Source of the DNA: an uncultured bacterium
Lineage (GTDB): Bacteria; Acidobacteriota; Thermoanaerobaculia; Multivoradales; JAHZIX01
Assembly: GCA_965368975.1 (NCBI GenBank)
Contig: CBDUPA010000015.1
Coordinates: 32,001-96,000 of the forward strand
Direction of reading: 5' to 3'
DNA length: 64,000 nucleotides
Both the position numbers and the translations under genes were made by a program. This document shows, piece by piece, positions 17,984 to 27,522 of the stretch. Numbering within the stretch: position 1 is the first letter of the stretch; every line of letters begins with the position of its first letter. The notes below the pieces were generated by a model that had not been told where the DNA came from, did not search any database, and was given only the letters and a program-made list of their open reading frames with translations.

Positions 17984-20635
17984 ATGCAAGACTTCACCTC
18001 TGTCTACCGAATCGCTCCCCCACGGCGACACGGCTGGCCTCTCTTTGGCGCCGTGCTCCTGCTACTCGCCGTGCTCCTCGTGCCGATGAAGACCGATGCC
18101 CAGGACGCGGGCAGCCACACCCCCGGCAAGGCCCACGAGACGCTCGAACTCAGCAAGTTCCTCGTCCTGACTTCTCAGAGCCTGCCCGCCTTTTCTCCGG
18201 AAGCGGCCGAGGACGCGAAGGCCGACGCCGCGGACCTGCTCGACCTGCAACTGCTCTCGATGCAACCGGACGGCAAACCGCTGTGGCCGGCCGAGGGTGA
18301 TCGCGCCAAGCTGCCGGGCAGCGGTGAGCTGAGCTGGCGCCTGGCCGACGGCCTGCCAGCGCCGGGCGACGGCACCCAGCTCGCCTACCTGGCCGCCTAT
18401 GTCGAGGCCACGCGTTTCACCAACGCCAAGCTGACGGTCACCAGCCAACACCCGCTGCGCGTCTACCTCGATGGCGAGCAGCTGGCCGAGAAGAAGAGCA
18501 GCGAGGCCGCCGACGCCGATGCTGGGAGCACCGAGGCGGAACTGCCGCTGACCACCGGTAAGCACCTGCTGCTACTGCAGGTCGCCTACAACGTCGAGGC
18601 CGGTGGCTGGAGCCTCGACGCGCGGCTCGAGAGTCCGCACCCGCTGGCGACGTCGACCGATCCGGCGCACACTCTGCGCCTGACGGATGTACTGGACCGC
18701 GACGACGTCACGGATGTCAGCGTTTCGGCCGATGGCGCCTTCCTCGCGCTGTCGCTGCGCAATCCGGCGGTACCAGCTGAGCATGGCGAGACCTGGATGG
18801 AACTGCGACGCACCACCGACGGTAGCCGTGTGCGCACGCTGCACGAGTTCGCCAGCTTCCAGTGGCTGCCCGAGGGTCACCAGTACAGTTACACCCGCAG
18901 TGCCGACGACAAGGCGACGCTGTGGCTGGCGTCGCCGGAGGGTGGCGACATCGAGCGCGTGCTGCACGGCGTAAAGAACCTGGGTTCCTACGCCTGGCTG
19001 CCGGACGCCTCGGGCGTCGTCTTCAGCGTCAGCCAGGACGAAGAGGAGAACGACCTGGGTGCCAAGCGCTACCGTCACCCCAACGACCGTTGGAGCGGCT
19101 GGCGCGGCACGTCGAGCTTGCACCACGCCGTGCGCGGCGGGGGGCAACGCCCACTGACGCAGCCGCATCGCACGCTGTACTTTGCCGACATCAGCCCCGA
19201 TGGCACGCGCCTGCTACTCAGCAACAGCCGCGTCGACCCGACGCGCCGGCCGTTCAGTGAAAGCACCCTGTACGAGCTCGACCTGGCGACGCTGGAAAGC
19301 CGCGAGTTGACCACCATCACCTGGATCGGCGGCAGCCAGTACAGCCCGGACGGCAAGAAGCTGCTGATCACCGGCGCCCCGACCGCTTTCGGAGATGTCG
19401 GCGTCAACGTGCCCGAGGGCGTGCTGCCCAACGAGTACGACACCCAGGCCTACCTTTACGATCTGGCCAGCGGTGAGGTCGACCCGATCACGCGCGACTT
19501 CGCCCCCAGCCTGATCGACACCTCCTGGTCGCACGGTGACGCCAACTCGATCTACCTGCGCGTCACTGAGGGACCGCAGAATCTGCTCTACCGCTACGAT
19601 GTCGCCGCCCGCAGCTTCGAGCGCCTCGAGGTCGGCCTGACCAAGGTCGACGGCATGGCGATCGCGCGCAAAGCGCCGGTACTGGCGGGCTATGGTTCCG
19701 GTCTCGAGCAGCCCGAGGAAGCCTTCCTGCTCGACCTGGCGTCGAACGAGCCCAAGCAGCAGCGCCTCTGGGGCCCAGCGACCGACCTCTCCAAGATTCG
19801 CCTGGGCAAGATCGAACCGCGGGACTTCGAGACCGAGGACGGCACCATCGTCGGCCGCGTGCACTACCCGCCGGACTTCGACCCGGCCAAGAAGTACCCG
19901 CTGCTGGTCTACTACTACGGCGGCACCGCACCCGTCGAGCGTGAGTTCGCGGGCCGCTACCCGAAGAGCCTGTGGGCGGCGCACGGCTACCTGGTCTACG
20001 TCCTGCAGCCGAGTGGCACGTACGGCTTCGGCCAGGAGTTCGCCGCCCGGCACGTCAACAACTGGGGCAAGACAGTGATCGGTGAGATCGTCCACGGGGT
20101 CGAGACCTTCCTGGAGCAACACCCCTACGCGGACGCCGACGCGGTCGGCTGCCTCGGCGCCTCCTACGGCGGCTTCATGACCGACCTGCTTCTTGCCAGT
20201 TCGGACGTGTGCAAGGCCGGCATCTCGCACGCCGGCATCTCGGACTTGACCAACTACTGGGGACACGGCTGGTGGGGCTGGCTCTACAACGCCGCGGCCG
20301 CCGCCGACAGCTATCCGTGGAACCGTCGTGATCTCTACGTCGACCAGAGCGCCATCTACCACGCCGACAAGATCACCGCACCGCTGCTGCTGCTGCACGG
20401 CGCGGCGGACAACAATGTGCCGCCGGCACAAAGTGAGACGCTGTACACGGCGTTGTCGGTGCTCGGCCGCGACGTCGAGTTCATCACCTTCGACGGCGAA
20501 GGTCACCAGATCTTCAACTACAAGCCGCGCGTCCTGTGGGCGCAAACCATCATCGCGTGGTTCGACCGGCACCTGAAGCAGCAGCCCGAGTACTGGCAGC
20601 ACCTGTGGGGCACACCGGAGAAGCCGAAAGGCTGA
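17984..20635 (+). CDS. Secreted S9 prolyl-oligopeptidase/acylaminoacyl-peptidase family protein
   Basis: GASYGG nucleophile motif, LLLHGAADNNVP and GEGH triad motifs; propeller repeats; extra N-terminal domain. Confidence 0.9.
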   Translation: MQDFTSVYRIAPPRRHGWPLFGAVLLLLAVLLVPMKTDAQDAGSHTPGKAHETLELSKFLVLTSQSLPAFSPEAAEDAKADAADLLDLQLLSMQPDGKPLWPAEGDRAKLPGSGELSWRLADGLPAPGDGTQLAYLAAYVEATRFTNAKLTVTSQHPLRVYLDGEQLAEKKSSEAADADAGSTEAELPLTTGKHLLLLQVAYNVEAGGWSLDARLESPHPLATSTDPAHTLRLTDVLDRDDVTDVSVSADGAFLALSLRNPAVPAEHGETWMELRRTTDGSRVRTLHEFASFQWLPEGHQYSYTRSADDKATLWLASPEGGDIERVLHGVKNLGSYAWLPDASGVVFSVSQDEEENDLGAKRYRHPNDRWSGWRGTSSLHHAVRGGGQRPLTQPHRTLYFADISPDGTRLLLSNSRVDPTRRPFSESTLYELDLATLESRELTTITWIGGSQYSPDGKKLLITGAPTAFGDVGVNVPEGVLPNEYDTQAYLYDLASGEVDPITRDFAPSLIDTSWSHGDANSIYLRVTEGPQNLLYRYDVAARSFERLEVGLTKVDGMAIARKAPVLAGYGSGLEQPEEAFLLDLASNEPKQQRLWGPATDLSKIRLGKIEPRDFETEDGTIVGRVHYPPDFDPAKKYPLLVYYYGGTAPVEREFAGRYPKSLWAAHGYLVYVLQPSGTYGFGQEFAARHVNNWGKTVIGEIVHGVETFLEQHPYADADAVGCLGASYGGFMTDLLLASSDVCKAGISHAGISDLTNYWGHGWWGWLYNAAAAADSYPWNRRDLYVDQSAIYHADKITAPLLLLHGAADNNVPPAQSETLYTALSVLGRDVEFITFDGEGHQIFNYKPRVLWAQTIIAWFDRHLKQQPEYWQHLWGTPEKPKG

Positions 20636-20693
20636 GCCCACTTCCGGTATCGCACGACACCTCGGGTACCGCGAAGGTTCTTCGAGAAGCACA

Positions 20694-20739
20694 AAACGCC
20701 GCCGGGCTGCCATTCTTTCACGGCGCCCCGGCGGCGTTT
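20694..20739. terminator. Probable bidirectional terminator hairpin
   Basis: AAACGCCGCCGGG ... CCCGGCGGCGTTT 13-bp stem between convergent genes. Confidence 0.6.
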
Positions 20740-20781
20740 CTCCTTCGGGCGAGGAGTTCGTTCGGACGAAGGTCGCGCAGC

Positions 20782-22674
20782 TTACTGCGTCAGGCCGTTG
20801 AGTGCCTCGATCAGCTCCGGATCCTTGGCTTCCAGCTTGGGCAGCATCTCCATGCCCAGGCCGTAAGAGGCGAAACCACCATCAGCCGGCCGGGCCAGGA
20901 CGACCAGGATCGGCTGCAGCACGTCGTCCTCCAGCGGCTGCGACGCGGCCAGCTTGGCCGCAATCTGTGATGCATTGACGGAACTCGGGAAGACAACCCA
21001 GCCGTCACCAGCCGCGGCAGCTCCGTCACCGTCGGACCAATCACCCTGAGTGAAGCGCAGGCGCTTTTCTTCATAGTCCACGAGACCGGTGAGCAGAGCG
21101 AGGCTGCGCTCGTCGTCGATGGTGGCGATCAGACCGTCCAGCCAAGGCCGGATCGCCTCCCAATTGCTCCACAGGTCACCTTCCGACCAATCGAGAACCT
21201 CACGCTCGATGCCACCCAGGCGCTCCAGCACGTCGTAGAAACGGGGCACCAGTTCGTTGCCCATCGATTGCCCGAGCACCACGACAGTCGCCGGCGTCAG
21301 CGCCACGATGTGGTGGAAGAACATCTCGACCTGCGCCAGCTGCGGCGAAGTGCCGGCCTGGCTCAGAGGCACAAAGTAGCCACTGAAGAACGTCTTGTCG
21401 TTCTCGATCTCTTCGATGTCCTGCGGCGGCAGCTTGGTAAAGGGGTACTCGATGCGCAGCGAGTCGAGATCGAACTCGACCTCGTGTTCTTCTTCGGTCA
21501 GCCGCGCTGGCGGCCACAGGCGCAGGCGGTGGAACTGCACGATCTCGGCACCGAGCAACTTGAGGCGGGCGCCCGAGAGGACGCTGGCCGAGATCTCTTC
21601 CGGCGTCTCCTCTTCGAAGCCGATGACGAAGGAGCAGGTGCACGACAGGCCGTTGTCGCGCAATTCGGTGATGGTGTCGAAGATCTCACCTTGATCCAGA
21701 TGCTTGTCGAACGCTTCTTGCATGCGCTCCGACGCCGACTCGACGCCGAAGAACAGCTTCCAACAGCCCGCTGCCTTCATCTTCGGCAACAGCCCCGGCA
21801 GCTTGATGTCCGTGCGCGAGTTGGCCATCCACTGCACCGGCATGTTGGCTTCGATCATCGCGTCGCAGAAGTCGGACATGAAGCGCTTGTTGACCGTCAG
21901 CAGGTCGTGCACCAGCACGAAGCTGTCGTAGCCGAGTTCTTCGTAGAGAAAGCGCAACTCGTCGATCAGCACCGGCACCGGCTTGACGCGGAACTTACGC
22001 CGCCAGAACGGCGCCGTGGCGCAGAAGGTGCACTTGAAGGGACAACCGCGCCCAGCCTCGGTGTACACCAGTCGCCGTGCCGAGTCTTTGGGGATGGTGT
22101 CGGCGTAGCGCCGCAGATCGATCGCATCCCCCAGGTCGCTCCAGGCATTGCCCAGCTGCGACATATCGATCAGTTCCCCTTGCGGGTTGGAACGGAGTTC
22201 GCCGTTGTCACGGAAGTGCAAGGACGGAATGTCCTGCCAGCTGCCACCGTTCTCCAGCGCCGCGATCAGCGAACTGATGGCCTGCTCTCCCTCACCTTCG
22301 ACAGCGAAGTCGAGGTGCGGGATGCGCTCGAGTGACTCCTTGGACAGCGCGCCGAAGTGGGGACCGCCGGCGATCGTTACCAAGGCTTCGTTGGCTTCTT
22401 TGGCAGCGGTGACCAGGCGCGCCGCCTGCAGGCTGTTGTTGTACATCGAGGTGACCGCCAACATTTCCGGTTCGAAGTCCGTCAGCTGCCGCATCATCAG
22501 GTCGACCGATCGCTCATGCTCACTGCCATCGCCTTCCTGAATATCCAGATCGAGGTCGAGGATGCGCACGTCATGCCCCTCGTGCCGCAGCCAGCCGGCG
22601 AGAGTACACAGACTGACCGGTGGATTGACCTCTGTTCCCGGCGACAGGGGCGGTTGCATCAGTAGGGTCCTCAT
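20782..22674 (-). CDS. Cobalamin (B12)-binding radical SAM enzyme (class B), candidate RiPP maturase
   Basis: N-terminal B12-binding domain (AGGPH, VEGEGE), EAGRGCPFKCTFC (CxxxCxxC) and FGVESAS; long C-terminal extension; AAGGAGG RBS. Confidence 0.9.
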   Translation of the reverse strand: MRTLLMQPPLSPGTEVNPPVSLCTLAGWLRHEGHDVRILDLDLDIQEGDGSEHERSVDLMMRQLTDFEPEMLAVTSMYNNSLQAARLVTAAKEANEALVTIAGGPHFGALSKESLERIPHLDFAVEGEGEQAISSLIAALENGGSWQDIPSLHFRDNGELRSNPQGELIDMSQLGNAWSDLGDAIDLRRYADTIPKDSARRLVYTEAGRGCPFKCTFCATAPFWRRKFRVKPVPVLIDELRFLYEELGYDSFVLVHDLLTVNKRFMSDFCDAMIEANMPVQWMANSRTDIKLPGLLPKMKAAGCWKLFFGVESASERMQEAFDKHLDQGEIFDTITELRDNGLSCTCSFVIGFEEETPEEISASVLSGARLKLLGAEIVQFHRLRLWPPARLTEEEHEVEFDLDSLRIEYPFTKLPPQDIEEIENDKTFFSGYFVPLSQAGTSPQLAQVEMFFHHIVALTPATVVVLGQSMGNELVPRFYDVLERLGGIEREVLDWSEGDLWSNWEAIRPWLDGLIATIDDERSLALLTGLVDYEEKRLRFTQGDWSDGDGAAAAGDGWVVFPSSVNASQIAAKLAASQPLEDDVLQPILVVLARPADGGFASYGLGMEMLPKLEAKDPELIEALNGLTQ

Positions 22675-22725
22675 GAGCGGTCAAGCCTCCTTCAAGATCT
22701 GTTGACAGTTGGATTCTCAATGCGA

Positions 22726-22760
22726 AGGGCCGCCCGCTGCACGCGGCAGCGGGCGGCCCT
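22726..22760 (-). promoter_or_regulatory. Perfect 15-bp GC hairpin between the small ORF and the radical SAM gene
   Basis: AGGGCCGCCCGCTGC-ACGCG-GCAGCGGGCGGCCCT. Confidence 0.8.
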
Positions 22761-22776
22761 GTACCGGTGAGTTCGC

Positions 22777-22866
22777 TCAGGCAGCGATAACCGGGCGGGT
22801 CGGGTTGACAGCCAGGCTGTTCAGAACCGGATCATCGAACTTCTGAAAAAGCTTATTAGCCTTCAT
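22777..22866 (-). CDS. 29-aa putative RiPP precursor peptide (not in the supplied ORF track)
   Basis: TAAGGAG RBS then ATG...TGA encoding MKANKLFQKFDDPVLNSLAVNPTRPVIAA; co-oriented and about 100 bp upstream of the B12-rSAM gene. Confidence 0.75.
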   Translation of the reverse strand: MKANKLFQKFDDPVLNSLAVNPTRPVIAA

Positions 22867-23113
22867 ACTGATCTCCTTACGGATAGTGGTTGACGATACC
22901 GACATTCAACATATCGGAGCATACGGACAAGAGGCTGTCAAGTTCCACGGGGGCAGCAGCAGAACTACATAAGATAAACAAAATAATGGACTTACCCTCT
23001 TTCGAAAGTTCTTGCCCGCCACTCACTCTCGACGCCTGTAGTAGAGTCTCACCGGCAAGCATCAGGGGTAGGAAGTCGCGAATCGGAGATCTTTCTGGGT
23101 GAACGGGAACGCC

Positions 23114-25567
23114 ATGAGCGAATGGGTACAGACGGTGCGCAGGCTGCGGCGGCACGCAGGGTTTTCGCTAGCCATCGTGGTGACGTTGGCGTTGGCGATC
23201 GCCGCGACCGTGACGGTCGTCAGTCTGGTGCGCGGCATCCTGCTGCACCAGCTGCCCTACCCCGAGGCCCACCGGGTACTCGAGATCGACCATGCGGCAC
23301 CGGGCTTCGATCTCGATCGGATCGGCATCTCGCCCACGCTCTACCGGCACTACGCCCAGCTGCCCGCCCTGTTCGAGCACATCGGCCTGTATGGAGAGAT
23401 GGAGCTGACGCTCACCGGCGGCGATCTACCGCTACGCATCGCTGCGGCTCGCGCGACCCCCAGCCTGTTCCGCGTGCTCGGCGTCGACCCCGTCCACGGC
23501 CGCACCTTCACGGACGTCGAGGGCACCCCTGGCGCCGCACCGGTGGTACTCCTCAGCCACGGTCTGTGGCAAAGCGACTACGGTGGCGACGAGAGCGTAG
23601 TCGGCCGGCAGATGCGCATTGACGGCGTTGCCAGGCAGGTGGTCGGCATCATGCCCGCAGATTTCGAGTTTCCGTCACCGCAAACCCGACTGTGGGTACC
23701 ACTGGTGGTCGAACCGATCCCCGGGCGACTCGGCTACTTCACCGAGCGCTGCGTCGCCAGGCTGGCGGATGGGGTGCCCCTGGAGACGGCCGACGCGCGG
23801 CTGCGGCTGGTAACTTCGGACTTGATCGGTACCTTCCCGGGCGAGAGTGCCGCCAAGACGTTCCAGGATGCCGGCACCCGTCCGAACTTGAGCACACGTC
23901 TGGAGTACATCGTCGGCAGCGTGCGTACCGTGCTCTGGATATTGGTCGCGGCGGTGAGTCTGATCCTGGTGATCGCCGCCGCCAACGTCGCCAACCTCTT
24001 CCTGGTGCGGCTCGAAACCCGTGGCCACGAACTCGCCATCCGCAGTGCTCTCGGCGGCGGCCGACGTTCCCTGCTGCGCACCATCAGCCAGGAATGCCTG
24101 CTCCTAGCCGCCGCGGCCGGTGTTGGTGCACTGGTCCTGACCAGCTGGATCCTCGGTCTCATCGCGCGCCTCGGACCGCAGACCCTGCCACGCTTGCAGG
24201 AAGTCCAACTCGACACCGGGGCCGTGCTGACGACTTTGGTTGGCGCCGCCCTCGTCACCTGGTGCGCCGGCGTACTACCAGCCCTGAACAGTACGCGCGG
24301 AGACCTGGCGCCGGCACTGCACGAAGGTGGTCGTACCTCCGCCAGCCGTGAGCGCAACCGCTTGCGGGGGTCCCTGGTCGTCGCTCAGGTCGCTCTCAGC
24401 CTCGTATTGTTGATCGCCTGCAGCCTGGTGCTGCGCAGCCTCATCGCCGTGCAGGCGGTCGATCCCGGCTTCCGTGCGGACGGAGCCGTCACGTTCCAGC
24501 TATCCCTCCCCGAGACCGACTACCCGGATGCCGAGAGTCGCACCCGCTTCGTCGAGCAAGCACGACAACGGCTCAGCACTCTGCCCGGCGTGTCCGCCGT
24601 CGGTGCGGCCGGCTACTTGCCGCTGACCAACGGCCTCGACGGCTCCGGCTATGCCTTCGAAGACGCGACGGTGACGGAAGGCGACGCGCCGCTCATCTTT
24701 CTCGACACCAAGACCAGCCCCGGCTACTTCGAGGCCATGGGCATCCCTCTCGTCGAAGGCACCTTGCCGGGCGAAGACAACTACCGCCTGCGCAAGGCTG
24801 AGATCGTCGTCAGCCAGTCGATCGCCCGGCGCTTCTGGCCCGACGGCAGCGCCCTGGGCAAGCGCACCAAGGTCGGTGACCGCACGCGCAGCAGCTGGTA
24901 CACGGTCGTCGCGGTGGTCGGCGACGTGCGCCTATCAGGTCTCGAACTGCCAGCGGACGACATGGTCTACCTGCCGCTGCTGGGCGGCGCGGAGGGCTTA
25001 CAAGACCTCGGTCCGGCGGTGTCCTTCGTCTTGCGCTCCAAGCTGCCAGCCAGTTCCCTGGCGGCGCCCATCCGCAGCGAGATCGCCACCCTCGACCCCA
25101 GCCTCCCGATCACCCTCATCCGGCCGCTGGGAGATCTATTGCGCGACGCGCGCGCCAGCAAAGCGTTCATCTTCACTGTACTGCTGCTGGCGGCGTCGAT
25201 GGCACTGATCCTCGCCGCCGTCGGTCTCTACGGCGTCCTCGCCTACCTGGTCAGTCGGCGCACGCGCGAACTCGGCCTGCGCATGGCCCTGGGCGCGGAC
25301 GGTGGTCGCATTCGCACTTTGGTGCTGCGGCAAGGACTGCGACTGGCGACGCTGGGCGCTGGCCTCGGTCTGATCCTGGCGCTGGCACTCAGCATCGTGC
25401 TCGAGTCTCAGCTCAGCGCGTCTCTGCTCTACGAAGTCGAAGCCCGCGATCCTCTGACCTTCCTCGTCGTGCCCGCCGGTCTCCTGCTGGTCGCCTTCTT
25501 GGCTACCTACGTCCCGGCCTGGCGCGCATCGAGGGTCGACCCGTTGGAGGCTTTGCGCCAGGATTGA
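23114..25567 (+). CDS. ADOP-type duplicated MacB/FtsX ABC permease
   Basis: TLALAIAA, AAANVANLFL, ELAIRSALG, ELGLRMALGA and PAWRASRVDPLEALR motifs. Confidence 0.9.
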   Translation: MSEWVQTVRRLRRHAGFSLAIVVTLALAIAATVTVVSLVRGILLHQLPYPEAHRVLEIDHAAPGFDLDRIGISPTLYRHYAQLPALFEHIGLYGEMELTLTGGDLPLRIAAARATPSLFRVLGVDPVHGRTFTDVEGTPGAAPVVLLSHGLWQSDYGGDESVVGRQMRIDGVARQVVGIMPADFEFPSPQTRLWVPLVVEPIPGRLGYFTERCVARLADGVPLETADARLRLVTSDLIGTFPGESAAKTFQDAGTRPNLSTRLEYIVGSVRTVLWILVAAVSLILVIAAANVANLFLVRLETRGHELAIRSALGGGRRSLLRTISQECLLLAAAAGVGALVLTSWILGLIARLGPQTLPRLQEVQLDTGAVLTTLVGAALVTWCAGVLPALNSTRGDLAPALHEGGRTSASRERNRLRGSLVVAQVALSLVLLIACSLVLRSLIAVQAVDPGFRADGAVTFQLSLPETDYPDAESRTRFVEQARQRLSTLPGVSAVGAAGYLPLTNGLDGSGYAFEDATVTEGDAPLIFLDTKTSPGYFEAMGIPLVEGTLPGEDNYRLRKAEIVVSQSIARRFWPDGSALGKRTKVGDRTRSSWYTVVAVVGDVRLSGLELPADDMVYLPLLGGAEGLQDLGPAVSFVLRSKLPASSLAAPIRSEIATLDPSLPITLIRPLGDLLRDARASKAFIFTVLLLAASMALILAAVGLYGVLAYLVSRRTRELGLRMALGADGGRIRTLVLRQGLRLATLGAGLGLILALALSIVLESQLSASLLYEVEARDPLTFLVVPAGLLLVAFLATYVPAWRASRVDPLEALRQD

Positions 25568-25579
25568 GCGCGACCCGCA

Positions 25580-25936
25580 TCAGTCCGAAGGCATGAGCGG
25601 CAGCAGATCACGCATCTCAGCTTCCAGGTAGCCGATCAGCTTAGGAAGCTCAAGCTGTATCGTCCTCCAGACAGCTTCTAGATCGATGTCATCGTAGTCG
25701 TGAACTAACACGTTTCGCAGTCCGATGATTGATCTCCATGGTAAGCCTGGATGCTCTTCTCGACACTCGTCACTGAGACGCCTTGAAGCCTCACCAATCA
25801 CGAGTAGGCGTCGAATCACAGCGTCCTGGCGCAATACGTCACGCAGGAATTGCTGGTTCGAAATACCGTCCAAGTACCGGACGATCTGACGTGCGGAGTC
25901 CAGGATGTCTAGCAGATAAACATCGTCACGCTGCAT
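25580..25936 (-). CDS. hepT: HepT/DUF86 HEPN ribonuclease toxin
   Basis: IGEA and GLRNVLVHDY (RNxxxHxY) motifs; overlaps the end of the MNT gene. Confidence 0.88.
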   Translation of the reverse strand: MQRDDVYLLDILDSARQIVRYLDGISNQQFLRDVLRQDAVIRRLLVIGEASRRLSDECREEHPGLPWRSIIGLRNVLVHDYDDIDLEAVWRTIQLELPKLIGYLEAEMRDLLPLMPSD

Positions 25937-26270
25937 AGAGCGTCTTGACCGAAGAAAGGATCGACTGCCGCCGTAGTGGGTTCCGGCTAGACTCGACGCC
26001 ACCCCGGGTCAGCAGGTCTACAGGACGTCCGAAGAGCGCTTCGAGCTCGTGTTGCATCTCTACAAGCTGAAACAAGGTCACGGAAGCTTCCGGAGCGAAA
26101 GTCACTAGAACATCGATATCGCTGTCCGCGGCAAAGTGCTCTTTCAAGACGGAACCAAAAAGCGAGAAGTCGGTCACCTGCCAGCGTTCGCAGAAGTCAT
26201 GAACTTCCTTCCTGCTTGCATTCAGCCGTTGCAGTACTTCGGGTTCTCGTTGAGTAAGGGCTGGCATCAT
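25926..26270 (-). CDS. mntA: MntA minimal nucleotidyltransferase antitoxin
   Basis: LFGSVL-x-SDIDVLV and LFGRPVDL motifs. Confidence 0.88.
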   Translation of the reverse strand: MMPALTQREPEVLQRLNASRKEVHDFCERWQVTDFSLFGSVLKEHFAADSDIDVLVTFAPEASVTLFQLVEMQHELEALFGRPVDLLTRGGVESSRNPLRRQSILSSVKTLYAA

Positions 26271-26280
26271 GACCTCCTGA

Positions 26281-27519
26281 TCATTCAGTATACCCCGTCA
26301 TCTCCAAGTACCCCTGCCCCGATACCGCCTCCCCTCTCCGCTCCCCCTCGACACGCACGGCTCCCTCCCAATACCGAACGCTCACCAGCAACTCCTGATC
26401 CCGCAGTCGCGGCACCACCGTCAACTCCAGCTCATCGAACGGCACGCGCACCCGCCAGCTCACCGGATAGGTCGCGGCACCGTCGTCGCTGGTCCAGGTC
26501 TCCAGCACTTCCAGCTCGAAGTCCTCCCGCGCCAGCACGCGCGACGCTCCATCCGGTTCGACGAGCAAGCCCTTGCTCAGCGGATCGGCACTGCCGTCGT
26601 CCAGGCGGATCTGGTAGACCATCAACTCGCGCGGGGCACCATCGGCGGCTTCGTACTGCAACGCGAACCAGTCCCAGCCGACCTGCCCTTCCCCGAGCGC
26701 GCTGGTGCTCCACTCGCGGTCTAGCCAGCTACTGCCTTGCACCTCGTAGGTCGCGCTCGCCATCTCGACGCGTCCCTCAGCTCTCAACCGGGTGTAGCTG
26801 TAGTAGTACGACGCATTGCCGGGCTCGGCTCCCTTGCGGCTCCAGCCGTCGACGCCCTGGAGGACGCGCGGCTTGACGGCGGTGACGTGGAGGTCCAGCT
26901 CGATGCGGCCATCCTCACCCTCCTCAGCGACGTAAAGGCGCACTGGCCAGATGTCCTCCCCCTGTCCAGCCTCGGACTCGACGGACTCCATGCGCCAGTC
27001 TTGCAACCAGACCTGGAAGGGCTCAGCCTCAGCTCCGGCGAGACCCAGAGCACCTCGGCTGAAACGCTCGAAGGCGTGGAATTGCTCCGTCTCGACATCG
27101 GCGAGGGCGAAGTGGCCCATGTAGAGCTGGCGGCTGGCGAAGGGGGATGTCCGCTCAGGAACCTGATCCATTCCAGACACAGGAGGAGCCAGGGCGGTGC
27201 GGAAGAGGGTGAAGTGGAAGCCGAAGCGCCGCTCCGGATCCGTCGTGGAAGCCAGGTTGCCGGTGAAGTACCACCACTCGCTACGGAAGTCCGGGTGCGG
27301 ACCGTGGTCGGCGGGAAACTGGAAGGGGATGGGTGCTTCGGCGCGAGCGTAGCCTTCCTCAGCCTTGCCACCGAGGGCATCCGCGACGGCCAGGCTAGCG
27401 CGCACAGGGGCGTGTGCGGGGCGACTGAGTTGCCAGGCGGCGACGGCCAGAGCGAGCAGGGCCAACGCCGTCAGCGTGAGCAGCCAGGGCCAGCACCGGG
27501 AACTGGAAGGGGGCGCCAT
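26281..27519 (-). CDS. AttH/CrtC-like lipocalin-fold secreted hydrolase
   Basis: FPADHGPHPDFRSEWWYFTGNL, SYYYSYTR, WLDREWS, GWDWF and YWEGAV motifs. Confidence 0.88.
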   Translation of the reverse strand: MAPPSSSRCWPWLLTLTALALLALAVAAWQLSRPAHAPVRASLAVADALGGKAEEGYARAEAPIPFQFPADHGPHPDFRSEWWYFTGNLASTTDPERRFGFHFTLFRTALAPPVSGMDQVPERTSPFASRQLYMGHFALADVETEQFHAFERFSRGALGLAGAEAEPFQVWLQDWRMESVESEAGQGEDIWPVRLYVAEEGEDGRIELDLHVTAVKPRVLQGVDGWSRKGAEPGNASYYYSYTRLRAEGRVEMASATYEVQGSSWLDREWSTSALGEGQVGWDWFALQYEAADGAPRELMVYQIRLDDGSADPLSKGLLVEPDGASRVLAREDFELEVLETWTSDDGAATYPVSWRVRVPFDELELTVVPRLRDQELLVSVRYWEGAVRVEGERRGEAVSGQGYLEMTGYTE

Positions 27520-27522
27520 GGG

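Noticed and set aside
25580-26270. HepT/MntA pair as a novel system
   Set aside because: This is a well-described toxin-antitoxin module with canonical motifs.
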